Positions 36,001-48,620 of a stretch of DNA of 64,000 bases are shown in pieces (position 1 is the first letter of the stretch; each line of letters starts with the position of its first letter). A model generated the notes under the pieces. The model was given only the letters and a program-made list of their open reading frames with translations, was not told the DNA's origin and did not search any database. The stretch is from Gekko japonicus. Taxonomy: Eukaryota. The stretch spans positions 2,186,739-2,250,738 of the forward strand of contig NW_015164664.1 in the NCBI RefSeq assembly GCF_001447785.1. Direction: 5' to 3'. Both the position numbers and the translations under genes were made by a program.

Positions 36001-39000
36001 TCATTGCCTTCAGCGGGTGGAGGAGATCATTTAGCATTTAGAGCCAGTTTTTTGATGTAGTGGTTAAGTGCAGCAGGCTCTAATCTGGAGAACCAGGTTT
36101 GATTCCCCACTCCCCCACATGTTGCCAGCTGGGTGACCTTGGGTCAGTCACAAGTTCTCTCAGAGCTGTTCTCTCAAGACCAGTCCTCAAAAGAGCTCTC
36201 TCAGCCCCACCTACCTCACAGGGTGTCTGTTGCGGGGAGAGGAAGGAAAGGAGATTGTAAGCCACTCTGAGACTCTGAGTGAAGAGCAGGGTATAAATCC
36301 AACTCTCCTCCTCCTCATCCAAATTTCAATATCTTACTAAGCAAAAGGACAGAGTGTCTAGAAATCCTCCACACTACTTAAAAATTATTGGAAAAGTAGA
36401 GGATGCCATAAGAATATACTAAGAGCCATTCTAGGCCATGAAATCAGAACTTCATCACTACTGCTGGTGGCGAGTGGGAGGTGTCTGGAAAGCTCTCCAG
36501 AAGTTCATGATAGCAATAGCCATCCATAGCTGTTGTAGTCCACAATACCTGGTTGTTGCAGATGTGCTGTCTGCTTCTAATCCATAGTGCTTCTTGGTAA
36601 ATTAATGGGGCTCTTTTTGAAGCCATCCAGATGAATGGCCTTCCCTATGTCTTAGGGCAATGAATTTCATATGTTAATTACTAACTGCATGGAGACAGTT
36701 GTGCTTGTGCTTGTTCCGAGCCTTTTGGCAATCAGTTTCGTTGAATGTCCTCAAGTTTTATTGTTCTTAAAGAATAATCTCTCCCACTCTCTCAGCATCC
36801 ACAATCAATCATTGTGGGTCTCTGCTGTTCTCCATCCTCCCCCCCCAGTTTACACCCTCTACCATGTCTCTTTGCATCAGCGTGATCTAATATTTTGAGA
36901 GCTCCTAAAGCGTACCAAGTCACACACGTGCCCATAATGAAACAAATAGGTGCCTGTAGGCAGACCACCTAAGCTGGTGAATGTAACAGAAGTTTTCTGT
37001 TCTTCTTAATGGGGATGCTCTGTTCTGGAAGCTGCCAATCAGGCTGCTGTGCACACCCACTTCTTGGCTGTAATTAGGAGCTGAGGGCAGTGTGCCCTTT
37101 CTTTAGCCAAATGCAATTAGGGCCTGCTGACACTGCATGCTCTTGGGATAATGTCAAGCATTGCCCAAGGAGGGGATGTCAAACTCCATCTGTCCTCTCC
37201 TAGGGCTGATCATTCACACAGCTGACATGGCCCCAGCCCAACAGAGGGAAGCTATCTCTATGCTGTCCTGGCCCTGTAAGGCCATCAGACAAATTCCCTC
37301 TCTGTACATACACAGAGACATCCACGTCCCAAACTCCAGCAGACTCCTCCTTTTTGTCTGCCACGTTCCCATGCATGGCTTGGTCAAGAGAGGTGGTTGT
37401 TTTGACAGGCAGGTTTTCCAATATGTCAAGCCTGGAATTGTCTTCCTCTGTGATTCTCCCTGAGCCAGCTGGAGCCGGGCTGCACCTTTCGCAAGTTGCA
37501 AGATTGAATTGCTCAGGTGCAGAGCAGCATCTCCTCCAGTCTGCTATGCTCTTGATTGCAAAATGTTTGCTGCGTGTGACATTTCCATTAACAGACACAA
37601 GGCATGGCCCCTCCACCTCCCTAATTGCTCTGTGCCTGCAAGAACCAAGCCATCTCTTATTACACCTGGGAAATGGAAGAACCTCTTGTGCTTGTCATCA
37701 TTTGGAAAGTAGAGGCAGGGAGTGGAGCCCTTAAACCGCCCACCAGTCTCCAACTGGAAAGCAGGCAGGTTGTACAGTCTTCACATGCCATGGTCAAGGA
37801 CAGCCACAGTTTTGTCTTTTGACATGTGCCTTCGGGGAGGTGTTGCTCAGTGGCAGAGGTGAGACAGATCCTTGCCTGAGACCACTGCCATTTCCTTGCC
37901 TGAAACCCAGAAGAATGACTTCTCATCAGGATTAAGGCTGGCAGCTCTAGGCTAGATAGACCATTGATGTGTGACTCATGTTAAGGAAGCACCTTGCATC
38001 AACCGAGAACAATCCCATCTGAGCCACACAAAAAGGTTTCATTAGAAGGCCTTCCTCGAGGTTTCTACCAGTATGTGGTTCTCCTTTGTCAAAGAAAGGC
38101 TAGACATACGATATTTCTTTGGGCTGGAATTTGGTAACCAGGGAAGCTTTCTGAACAATACTTTTGAGCAGTTCATTTTCTGCAAATAAGTCAATAGGGA
38201 CGTCCATTTAGATAACTAATCAAAAACTCGGTCAAAAATGTTCTTTCATTAATATAGGTATTCTCACTAATCCACACTGAAAAATTAGCACTCAATAACG
38301 TTTGCAGATCTTCAGCTCTGGCCATCATTCTGGTACCTGGTTGTCTAGCACACAGTTCAAGAGGGTCAGAGAGGGAAGAGGTGTTACAGGAACTGGTAAC
38401 TGATGGGGGCTTTTACCAGTCAGTAGAGTTACACGCAGGCTTTGTTACCAAAGGGGATTACACTGATAGGTACACCTATTCGAAGTGGTGGGTCAGGAGG
38501 GCTTAGATTTGATATTGTATATCTAGGAGTTCATGTTAGGGAATAGCCCTAACCCACTTTGTGTTTACTGTCATTGGCACTCACTCCAAAACCGCTTTTC
38601 AGCAGCTGAATGGGAGACCATCCCCAAGTGGCCCTGTAAAGAGGAGCAGGGAAAGTCTCACAAAGACAAGCAGCTCTCCGGGCCTCCCTTCCAATTAGGT
38701 GGCTTCCTTGGACATTTTGTAGATAATGAAGGGGAGCCTTCTCCCCATTTGCTTCTTTTCACACTGCTGCGGCATTGCTCTTCCATTATCAGATGGAAAT
38801 GGAATTATCTCAGTGGTTCTGCACAGTGCTTAATATAGCGCTCACTTTCGTTATGAGCTTGCAATGCCCATCCCCTCACAGCAACTACGTATTACTGACC
38901 CCTCCCGGATTTGGTCTGAGGAAATTCGCCTGCCCCACTTCTGTTAGCACATTAGTACATGGGGCTTTCCCCATGCATCTTGCAAATATGTAAAGCCCTG

Positions 39001-41959
39001 GGGGGAGCTGTCAAAAGATCCTTGCTTTTTTTTGTTGAAAAGGGCAACATTCTAGTCAATTTCGAACACCTTCACCCGGCATTGCTTGCTTTCTGTGATA
39101 TTCCAGTTAATTTCTATCTGCTTTAGGGCCCTTCGCTTTCTTTAAAAAGAAATGTATCTGTCAGTGGCACGATTTATTCACCCTTGCACAGTGATGAACC
39201 TAAAATTTACAAGCATGTACTTGCAAGCAATCCCCTGCCCAAATTGTGAGCTCACACAGGACACCATAACCAACCTTCCTGGTTTCATTTTTCCTTGCTT
39301 TCTCACCACTTGCTCGTTATTTATTTTTTTATTGATCTCTTAATACTGTTTCACTGGTGTAATAAAAACAGGTAAGGTCAGCATCAGTGGCCCTGCTCTG
39401 ATCACACACACACACACACACACACACACACCACACACACACACTCCTTCTGAGCTGAAATGGGTGGCAACCAAAGCTGGGTTTCTGCACAGATCAAATA
39501 AACTGCAGTTTAGCACCTCAGATTATGTAGGGGCTCTAAATGATAAGGGACTTCTTAAACATAGCTCAGGGCATCGTCATGTCTAAGGGACAAACTAGGC
39601 AGGATGGTATCCCTGGCTCTAACCTGTGGCCGCCGCCACCATCTTAAAGCCTAATGGGATGATTTTAAAATGCTGCTTGGGCCTGATCCTGATCAGGTCC
39701 ACAGTGCCACAGGATGAGGTCCTCTTGTTTCTGCCCTGTGTGCCTTTCCAAGTGCCTGAATAGCCATGGGGCAGTGACAATTTCAGCACTTGAAAGGGGG
39801 TGGGTACAAGAGTCCCTCACCTGCCACACTGCAGGCCCTTGGTAGCACTTTTAAATTGCCTCATTGGCCTTTTATAAAGGGGTTGGACTGGGGACACTCA
39901 CAACTAGTCTGGCCCTTAATCTGGCTCTGGTGGCAACTGGGGAACAAACTATTTTATGCATTTACCTCCCTTATGCCAGTAAAAAAATTGGATTGCCCCC
40001 GCAATCCCTTTAGCATTTGAGGAAATCTCTCCTTATATATAATTGAATAGTGGGTGCCAAAGTTCTAATTCTAAAATGCACTCCCTTAGTGTATGGCTGA
40101 TGGCACTGCTCCTCAGCATATATCGCCACCAATCAGAAGGCAAAGCCCGGGTCCCGCCCACACCACAACTGCTGCGACAACCTGGTCTTTTGCATATGGA
40201 AGCTGATTGGACTTCAGGCCATTCCCCCCCCCAAACCCCCCCCCCCCCCCGCAAGGCAGTTGGGATTTTCAGTTGCATAACATACCTCATAGGGGAGAGG
40301 AGAATGGGTAACAATGGTTACCACTCTCCAGGTGAGGGCTACAGATAACTCAAACATACAAATGCTCTTCAGGTAGCAGAGATCAGTCCCTCTGGAGAAA
40401 ACAGTGGACTCTGTCATTAAACCCTGCTGAGTAATATTGCTAGATCATGAGCCATTTGCCTGAAACAAAGCCCCCAGATACCTAAAACATGGGACTTGCT
40501 CTATGGGGATAGAATCTAAAAACCAATGATGTAATCTGGGAGTCCTTTTAGCAAAGACCATTACTTTGGTTTTGGAATGATTCAGGGGGCAGGTGATTTT
40601 AAAATTTCCCTGAGTGTTTTTCTAACTTATGTGTCCTTTCTACTCCTTTTGTGCCCTTGCTGTTGTCATTGTTTTTCCTGCTGCTTTTATGTACTGGATT
40701 TTCCCCCCTGTTGCTTTTATCATTTGCTGTTTCTACCTGGATGTTTTACTCTGCTTTGGATTCCATACAGCAGTGCTGTTTTCGGAAGCATCTCATGACC
40801 GTTGTCCTCTTTTTATCTGCTGCTGTTGTATTTTCCCCCTGCTTTGCTGCAATCTTTCCCCAGCCTGGTTAGGTACAATCCTTTTGGAAAGTGCACTTTT
40901 AAACACTGTGTGAATGGGAAGATGTGTGTTTTTGCATATCCCACTGACACTGATGCCATTTTCTGTGCACCCCTACCACTACTCTGCCATGGCTGCCATT
41001 CCTACTCCTTCAGCATAGGGCTTTATTCGGGCTTCCACATTTCACCCTATATCTCCTCAACAAAAGAGCTAACAACTTACTTTTTTGAAAAAAGAAATCT
41101 GGGAACTGGTACATCATTGAAATAGAATCCTTGTAATGTTATAATACTACAGCAATCTAGGTATTTCCAATTTTTAAACAGGTTGGAAGGGGAACCTCCA
41201 GTTGTGGGGGAATGGCAGCCACAAAGCACTAAGGCATGGGAAGTATGGGGAAAACTTCTATAAGGATGCTCTGTTGCTGTTGCCAGTCTGGTGTAGTGGT
41301 TAAGAGCACAGACTCTAATCTGGGAGAACCAGGTTTGATTTCCCACTCCTCCACATGCAGCTTCTGGTGTGACCTCAGGTCAGTCATAAGTTCTTTCAGA
41401 GCTGTTCTTTCAAGGGCAGTTCTTGGGAGAGCTCTCTCAGCCCCACCTACCTCACAGGGTGTCTCTTATGCAGAGGGGAAGGGAAAGGGATTGTAAGCCA
41501 CTCTGAGATTCCTTCAGGTAGTGAAGGGTGGGATATAAATCCAATCTATTATTATTATTATTATTCTCTGTATTTACAACAGCATAGAAAGCCACGCAGA
41601 AAATTGCCTCTGTATGAGAGCAGCTGTGGTTGTCACTAACTTTACTACTTCTTCTGCCAGGTGCACCAATAACACTTTGCCATTCACACTGAATAGGTTA
41701 GTGCTGCAGTTGTTTTTAAAGACCAAAAATGCTCCAAAAACCAGCTCTGAAAAAAGATGGAAGGACAACATGGAAAACACTAGGCTGCAACTGTCTGGCA
41801 GAGGTATTTCCTGATTTTCCCTAAAAATTGCAGAAACTAATGGCAGCAATTTCCAGACAAAATGGGTAGTGTGAACATAAGCTCTTCAGAATGGAGAGCT
41901 CTTCAGAGAGACAAACCTTATTGCGAGTATTTGTTTATTTATATTCTATGTTTCTTCCA

Positions 41960-42880
41960 TAAGCATAAGAACAGCCCTGCTGGACCAGACCATTGGCCGA
42001 TCTAGTCCAACATCCTGTTTCATACAGTGGCCAACCAGATGCCCTTGGAAAGCCTACAAGCAGAGCACAGAGGCCAAAGCCTGCCCCCGTTGTTGACCTC
42101 CCAGACCTGTTTTATTGCCTCTGAGCCCAATAGTTCAATCATCAACTATTCTCCATTACTTTCTCTAGCCCAGGGATGTCAAACATGCGGCCCGGGGGCC
42201 GGATCAGGCCTGCAGTGGAACTAGCCATCTCCTGCTTCCAGTTCTCCTGCTGCTGCATCATAGCTTGCTCTCTTAATCACTCAGCCATTTCATGTTTTAA
42301 CCTGGGTCCTAGACTCAGAACTCTGGGCATGAGATTTCTGTGGTGAATGTCAATAAATCAAAAGTAGATTTGCAGCTTACAGAGCTAATGTTTTAAGCAT
42401 GTTTTTATTTTAGGTAAAAAATTTCTTTGTGTTTGTGTCCTTTATAAAGTTTTTATCTCCGCTACCTGGCATTACATTTTATGACACACATGGCCCGGCC
42501 CAACAAGGTCTGATTTATGTCAGATCCGGCCCTCATAACAAATTAGTTTGACACCCCTGCTCTAGCCTTTCTTTAAAATCAGCTAAAGTTGTGGCCATCA
42601 CTACATCCTACAGTGAATTTAGCAAATTAATTACTTCCCTGTGCCCAGAATCTACTGCCCTTAATCGTCAGTGAATGCTCATGAGTTAAGACTGTGGCAA
42701 GGAGAGTTCTTTGTGTCCACTTTCTCCTTCCTATGCATAATTTTTATGAATTCTAGCATTCCCCCCTCCCAGCCATGTAAAAACCTCAAACTCCTTAGCC
42801 ATTTCTTGTATGTAAAGTTCTCCAACCCCTTGATCCTTTTGGTTACACATTTCTGCATCTTTTCCAGTGCTACAATACTA
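41960..42880 (-). mobile_element. Old CR1 3' fragment, interrupted by a hAT MITE
   Basis: cataagcataagaacagccctgctggaccagacc tail (reverse) and CR1-like ttctccaacccctt...tttccagt segment. Confidence 0.7.
42171..42559. mobile_element. hAT-Charlie-type MITE
   Basis: TIRs cagggatgtcaaac / gtttgacacccctg; perfect TSD ctctagcc. Confidence 0.9.
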
Positions 42881-44883
42881 AATGTAAATACACTATCAAA
42901 TATGACATTTAAGACTGCTTATTTGTAGGCAGGGGCTATGGCTCAAAGGGAGAGCATCTGCTTTGCATGCAGCTTCAATCCCTGGAACTGGGAGTTTGAA
43001 AAAAGGGCCAGATAACAAATCATGTGAAAGATCTTGACCAAAGACCCAGGAGAGTCACTGCCAGTCAGAGTAGACAATACTGACCTTAGCAGACCAGCAG
43101 TCTGACTCAGCATAAGGCAGGTTCATGTGTGCTGAAGACAGTCTAGCATCCCCATTCAATACTAAGCAGCCCCCACCCTGCTTAGGGTCAGCAACACTGC
43201 TATCTCTGGCCATTATTTAGAACCATACTGGCCATTAGGTAGCAAACTTTCAGGCTTTTGTGTATTCTGAAATGGTTGTAGGGGATGGGGACTGTTCACC
43301 AGGTGGGGATCCACTCCATGATAGTCAGTTTATGGTGGAAGGAGGTCTGACGCTACTTCCTTCCTGTAATGTTTGCGTGAGATAGAACAGCCTTAGTGCT
43401 GCACTGTTTGATGCAGTGAGTTGTGACTCTCCTACTTATCCTTACACAAAATAAGGAAACATGGGGAGCATTGGCTTTGGGGGAAAACAGCCATCAATCC
43501 TAGCATGGGAGGACAGAAGGAGTGACATTGTACTTCTGGACTGTCAAGCAGGGAAAATGGAAGAAGGCTGGTGCAGGGTCTTCCGGCAATTATAATTTCC
43601 CTAACTTAGTGTTAGAGTTACTGCTGGCCAAGGCTAAATCTTATTGTTATGATGAAGCACAAACCTGCATGTGGGATCTCAGAACAGTAGGGGCAGATTT
43701 ACTGGTAGACCCAACGATATGAATCACTCAGTTGCTCATCCTGCCCATTCCTCCCAACTGCAGCTGAAAAAGGGACATGCATTCAGTGGACCCTGATTCT
43801 TGCTCATCATCTTTCCCTGATGGAAGAGCCGGCCATCTACTCTTTTGCTTCTCCCCACTGGGCATACTTTGCAAGACAGTGGGAGACTAGGCAGACTTTC
43901 TGGGCTAGCAAAGAACTCCACTTCCAAACCAGAGTAAAAAGGAGGGGAGGGGGACATAAGCAACTGGATAAGATGAAACACTTTCATCCCTCTATAAAAG
44001 CACAGACAAGTGTATGGTTGGAAAAGGTTTAGCCCCTGGCTAGTTGAGCCCAGAAGCCTTCAAATGGCCAGGCAAAGCAGGTTATTCCAGAGTGGCTAGT
44101 TGCAGGGGGCGGGGGGAGAGACAATTGTTGGTTTGGATTTAATCCAGGAAATGGAAAAATCACTGGATTTTGACATCAGCTTTCAAAATGTACCACTTGT
44201 AATGAGCCAAATGATTGTACTTAACATAATATGCTTCAGGACAATTGTCACATATTATAAAATGCCAACATTCTCCATGTCAGGTATCAAATGCTGTAAA
44301 ATGTTGACTGCAACTGCAAGCTCTTTGCATGTCAAATTTGATATACTCATAGAATATTTAGTGAATGCTCAATGAGGAGGAAGTTTTGGAGCAAATTTGT
44401 TGCCGCTCTTGAACCTCCTATTTTCTACCCACTTCTACATATTGTTTGTTTGTTTGTTTGTTTGTTTGTTTTGAGAGAGAATTTCCCTCCTACCTCATAA
44501 CACTATAATTTGTGTTCACCCATTGAACTGAGTAGTTGCTTCAGGACAGACAAAAGGAAGTTCCTCTTCATACAACCCAGAATACAGCTTTTACTGCCAC
44601 AAGACATGATAATGACCATTGGCTTAGGTGTGGCTTTATAAGGAGACCCGACAAGTTGTTGGAAAGGGAGAAGTATATCAATGGTTGTTAGCCATGAAAG
44701 TTAAACAGGTCTTCCATGTTTGAAGGCAGTCTACCTCTGACATACCAGTTGTTGGAGGACAGTCAATTGGAGAGGGCCATTACTGCCAGCTGGCCACTGC
44801 TGGAGACAGAATGCTGTACTAGATGAACGTGCAGGCTTTTTCTCCTGTGCTGCACTTTTTACACTCCTTCCTGTTTTCTGCAG

Positions 44884-45032
44884 GGCTGAGAGCACAGAGG
44901 AATATGACTACGATTACCTCAGCACCAACAAAACGTGGGTCCTGACCCCCAGAGCCCAGGAAACAGATGCCACCCAGATCCTCAACTCCCTGCTCCAGAA
45001 TTATGACAACAAACTGAGGCCAGATATTGGCA
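44884..45032 (+). CDS. GABRG4: GABA-A receptor gamma-4 subunit, coding exon 2
   Basis: Pyrimidine tract + CAG acceptor; (R)[49 protein letters not shown]; donor A|GTAAGT. Nearly identical to the chicken gamma-4 N-terminus as I recall it, with the GABA-A YD(N)KLRP motif. Confidence 0.95.
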
Positions 45033-46586
45033 GTAAGTGTTGCTCTCAAGACCTTGGCTGGAATGACAGTTCTGCTGAGGAATGTGGATTCCTGACAGAC
45101 AAACAAAGAAAATCAAGTGTGTTTGCAGAGATTCTCTTGCTTTCCAGTATGTTGTATTATCACATTCCGGCTCAAAGATCAAGAGAATGTGCTGAAGGCC
45201 AGGAAGGGACCTGAGGGCAAGACATTATCAACTTAATCAAATAAGGGTAATAGAGACTCCAGGGAGCCCAATGAAGTCAATGGTCTTAGAAGGATGTAAC
45301 TCTGGTTGTTAACTTCCCACTTACCCATCTGGAGCATTCTTCCCTTTTCCAAGTGTTTCTTCATGAATGGGAGAGATAGAAGCTTTAATTTGTTTAAAAC
45401 TGAAAAGGAAACAAAAGCTGATATCACAAAGCAAAAATGATCCCTAGGGTGGCTGGGACTGATGAGATCTTGTTAAAATCTGGGTAATGTTGGGGTTTTG
45501 TTTGGCCTGAAAGTGGAGGGGAAATGAATGAGGATGAAGCGGGTTCCAGCATTTGTTGAACTCTCTTCTTTCACAGTATGGTGATTTGTCTTTAAGGACC
45601 TCAGAATTCTGTGGTATTTCCTTTCTCCTCCCTCTGCCTCTCCCCCCCCCACTACAGGAATCTCTTGCCTAGGCATTGTGCAGCAATAGCTTAAAATTAA
45701 TGGCAGCCTACCTGTATGACAAAGGTGGAATAGTAAGGGACCTCACAGATCCATCTAGTTTAATAGTGTTGGTTCTGATTCACTGTGACTCTCTGGGGGT
45801 CTCAGACAAAGACCATGAACACCAGATACCCAAGATGGTTTAATTGTATGTATGATATACCTCTGTGATATCCCTCCATCACATTCCCAAGAGACCAGCA
45901 ATGATCCTGGTTGGTGACAGGATTTCCCCAAGTTAACCACACGGGAAAGATGCTCTTTAAAACCCTTCAGATTTAGACAGTGAGACAATAAACCTGGTTA
46001 ATTCCTCCTCCTTCTCACCTATTCACCCTCCTTTGCCAAGCTGATTTCTGCACACCCAGCTCACCTCCTCAGATCTGTGGAGTTCAAGTCTCTACTGCTA
46101 TCCTCTAGGGAGAGACCAATCCATGGCACAAAGAAAACATGGTTCAAAGGCTCTACGTTAAATTCTTTGGCATTGGAGAGCAGGGCTAGCGGAAAGCTTG
46201 TGCCTGTAATGGGAGGTAAGATTCTGCCTCCTTCTTAGTCCACTGGCCAATGAATGTAGAGCTCATTAAGTGAATATGAAGGGGAGATCTCACATAAGAG
46301 AGTAGTTTTTTAACAGCTGTAACTGAGTAGCTTCAACAACAAGAGGCTGGATACTGCATTTCCCCCATCCTCTTTATTGTGGAAACTACCATCAAGTTGC
46401 AGCCAGTTTATAGCAGCCCTGTAGGGTCTTCAAGGCACAGGCTTACCAAGTACTTACCGTAATTTGGCGGGGGACACATACTTCTTCCCAGGACCATTCC
46501 CGTGTGGACAACAGACGCGCCACACCATGCCGTCACCAGGAAGTGATGCCGGGCGATGCTCTGGCAATGGGGCTGGTAACTCGATA

Positions 46587-47045
46587 CTGAGCGGTCGGGT
46601 TAGAACAGATAAAAGGAAGTACTTCTTCACCCAAAGACTGATTAACACATGGAATTCACTGCCACAGGAGGTGGCGGCAGCTACAGGCATGGACAGCTTC
46701 AAGAGGGAGGTCCATCAGTGGCTATTAGCCACAAAGTATAGATAGGAATTCTCGGTCTGGGGCAAGTGATGCACTATATTCTTGGTGCGGGGGGGGGCAA
46801 CAGTGAGAGGGCTTCTAGTACTCCCTTTTATCTGTTCTAACCCGACCGCTCAGCAATTTCATGGAGTGCCCACAAGTTCCTGTATTGTGAGAAAGGGAGA
46901 AAAGTACTTCTTTCTCGACCTGCTCTATCCCATGCACAATCTTATAAACCTCGATCATGTCATCCCACAGCTGTCATTTCTCCAAGCTAAAGAGCTCCAA
47001 GTCCTTTCTTCAAAGGGAAAGTGTTCCAACCATTTATCATTTTCT
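46587..47045. mobile_element. Rearranged CR1: + strand 3' piece (46587-46816) fused to an adjacent upstream piece on the - strand (46817-~47045)
   Basis: Both pieces align to the CR1 at 17132-18289; 37 bp are duplicated in inverted orientation at the break. Confidence 0.8.
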
Positions 47046-47161
47046 GCAAGAGGTCCTTCCTGCGTTCCTTTCTGCATCTCATGTCTTCTACCCCTTAATG
47101 CTTTCCTTAGCGCACAACCTTTTCCATAGCTGATCCATGTCTTTTTGGGTCTCTTTTCCAG

Positions 47162-47229
47162 TCAAGCCCACTTTTATTGATGTGGACATCTATGTAAACA
47201 GCATTGGACCTGTCTCCGTGATCCACATG
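47162..47229 (+). CDS. GABRG4: GABA-A receptor gamma-4 subunit, coding exon 3
   Basis: ctcttttccAG acceptor; 68-nt exon (I)KPTFIDVDIYVNSIGPVSVIHM; donor G|GTGAGT; in frame with exon 2. Typical GABA-A gamma exon with the VNSIGPV motif. Confidence 0.95.
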
Positions 47230-47659
47230 GTGAGTGTTGAACCTGCTGGAGGATTGGTGGAAAGCAATAGGAACAGGGATGGGGTTGGGAGCATCATTAG
47301 AGAATAAGGGATTTTCCAGAGGAAGAAAGCAGGGCCATCCTCAGACAGTAAGCAGGCTTTCATCACTCTCAGTGCACCCTTTGCATCCATTGCCAGTGTT
47401 CATCTCATCTTCAGCCTCTGTGGTCACCAGCCCTTCCATCCCCTTGAGACTTTTTAATGGAGCTTGCTTCTCCCTTACTTTCTAATTTAGCCTCCTCCCT
47501 CCCCTGAGCTTTTGCTACATCTCCATCTTGTGGCTATTTTCTCTGGGTACTAAGGTTTACCCAGTTTGCCTTGAGCACTTTCTATGCATTTGATTCTGCC
47601 TGTCATGCAAGACCTGAGCAGCCACGTCACAGGCACACATTCTCAGTTGCAAGTTCACT

Positions 47660-48260
47660 TATTTATGTATAGTTAAAATATTTACATCCTGCCTCTCACT
47701 TCAGAGAACTTCCAAGGTGTCTAACAAATGAGGGTTGTGGGCTGTGTTTCAATAGCAGAACATTTGGTCTGAATGCAGACAGTCTCGGGTTCAATCCCTG
47801 GCATCTCCAGTTAAAAGGTGATGTGAAAGATCTCTGCCCGGGAACTTGGAGAGCCGCTGACAGTCAGAATAGCCAGTACTGGCCTTGATAAGACAATGCT
47901 CTAACTCAGTAGACTCAGTAGAAGGTAGCTTGTTCAGGAGCTAATAATATCATCCACAAACTCCAGCAGTAATAAAATTAATCCAACGAGCAGCAATGAG
48001 AACAACAACCACACCATAGCAGATCTCTCCAGCTAAAACGCCAGCAAAAGGAAGGTCGTCTTCTGTCATCTGAAGATGCAGAGAGAATGTCTCAGGGAAG
48101 CATTAGTCCGTGGGGAGGAAATTCCATCAGGAGGGCCCCACCACAAAAAAGGACCTGTCTCCTCATTGTGACCAGCTTCTCCTCTAAAGCTAGAGAAAGA
48201 GCCTCATTAGACATTTTTCACTGAGGGACAGATTGGTATGCAAGAAGGCAGTCCTTCCCA
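47660..48260 (-). mobile_element. Old L2 3' end with a nested SINE
   Basis: Reverse L2 motifs (ggaaattccatcaggagggccccaccacaaaaaaggacc) and an atttat tail. Confidence 0.55.
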
Positions 48261-48429
48261 CTGTCATAGAGTTGGAAAGGGCTCTATAGGCCATCTAGAG
48301 TATTCCCAGCAGATGCTCTACTTCAGTCCATTCCCTGCTTGAAAACATCCAGAGAGCAAAAGACACCCCACCATCCCCCAGTAATTGGTTCCATTGTCAA
48401 ACTGTTCTTGCCATTAGAATGTTTTAGGA

Positions 48430-48620
48430 GGGTTGCCGTGTTGGTCTACGGTAGCAGAACTAGTCTCTAGTCCAGTAGAATCTTAGAGATCACCAAGATT
48501 TTGGGGGTATAAGCTTTCGGGAGCCTAAGCTGTCTGGCAAAGGGGGCTTTGACTCTTGAAAGCTTACACCTCGATAATCTTGTTGGTCTCTAAGGTGCTC
48601 ATGGTCTGAAACCTGGCTCT
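48430..48620. mobile_element. Penelope-derived palindromic short element with a decayed hammerhead
   Basis: Inverted arms tagagatcaccaagatt...taagctttc / gaaagctta...aatcttgttggtctcta; core reads ctggcaa...gaaagctta. Confidence 0.7.

Noticed and set aside
37200-37616. 138-aa - strand ORF in intron 1
   Set aside because: Non-ATG start, no recognisable domain, no splice support.
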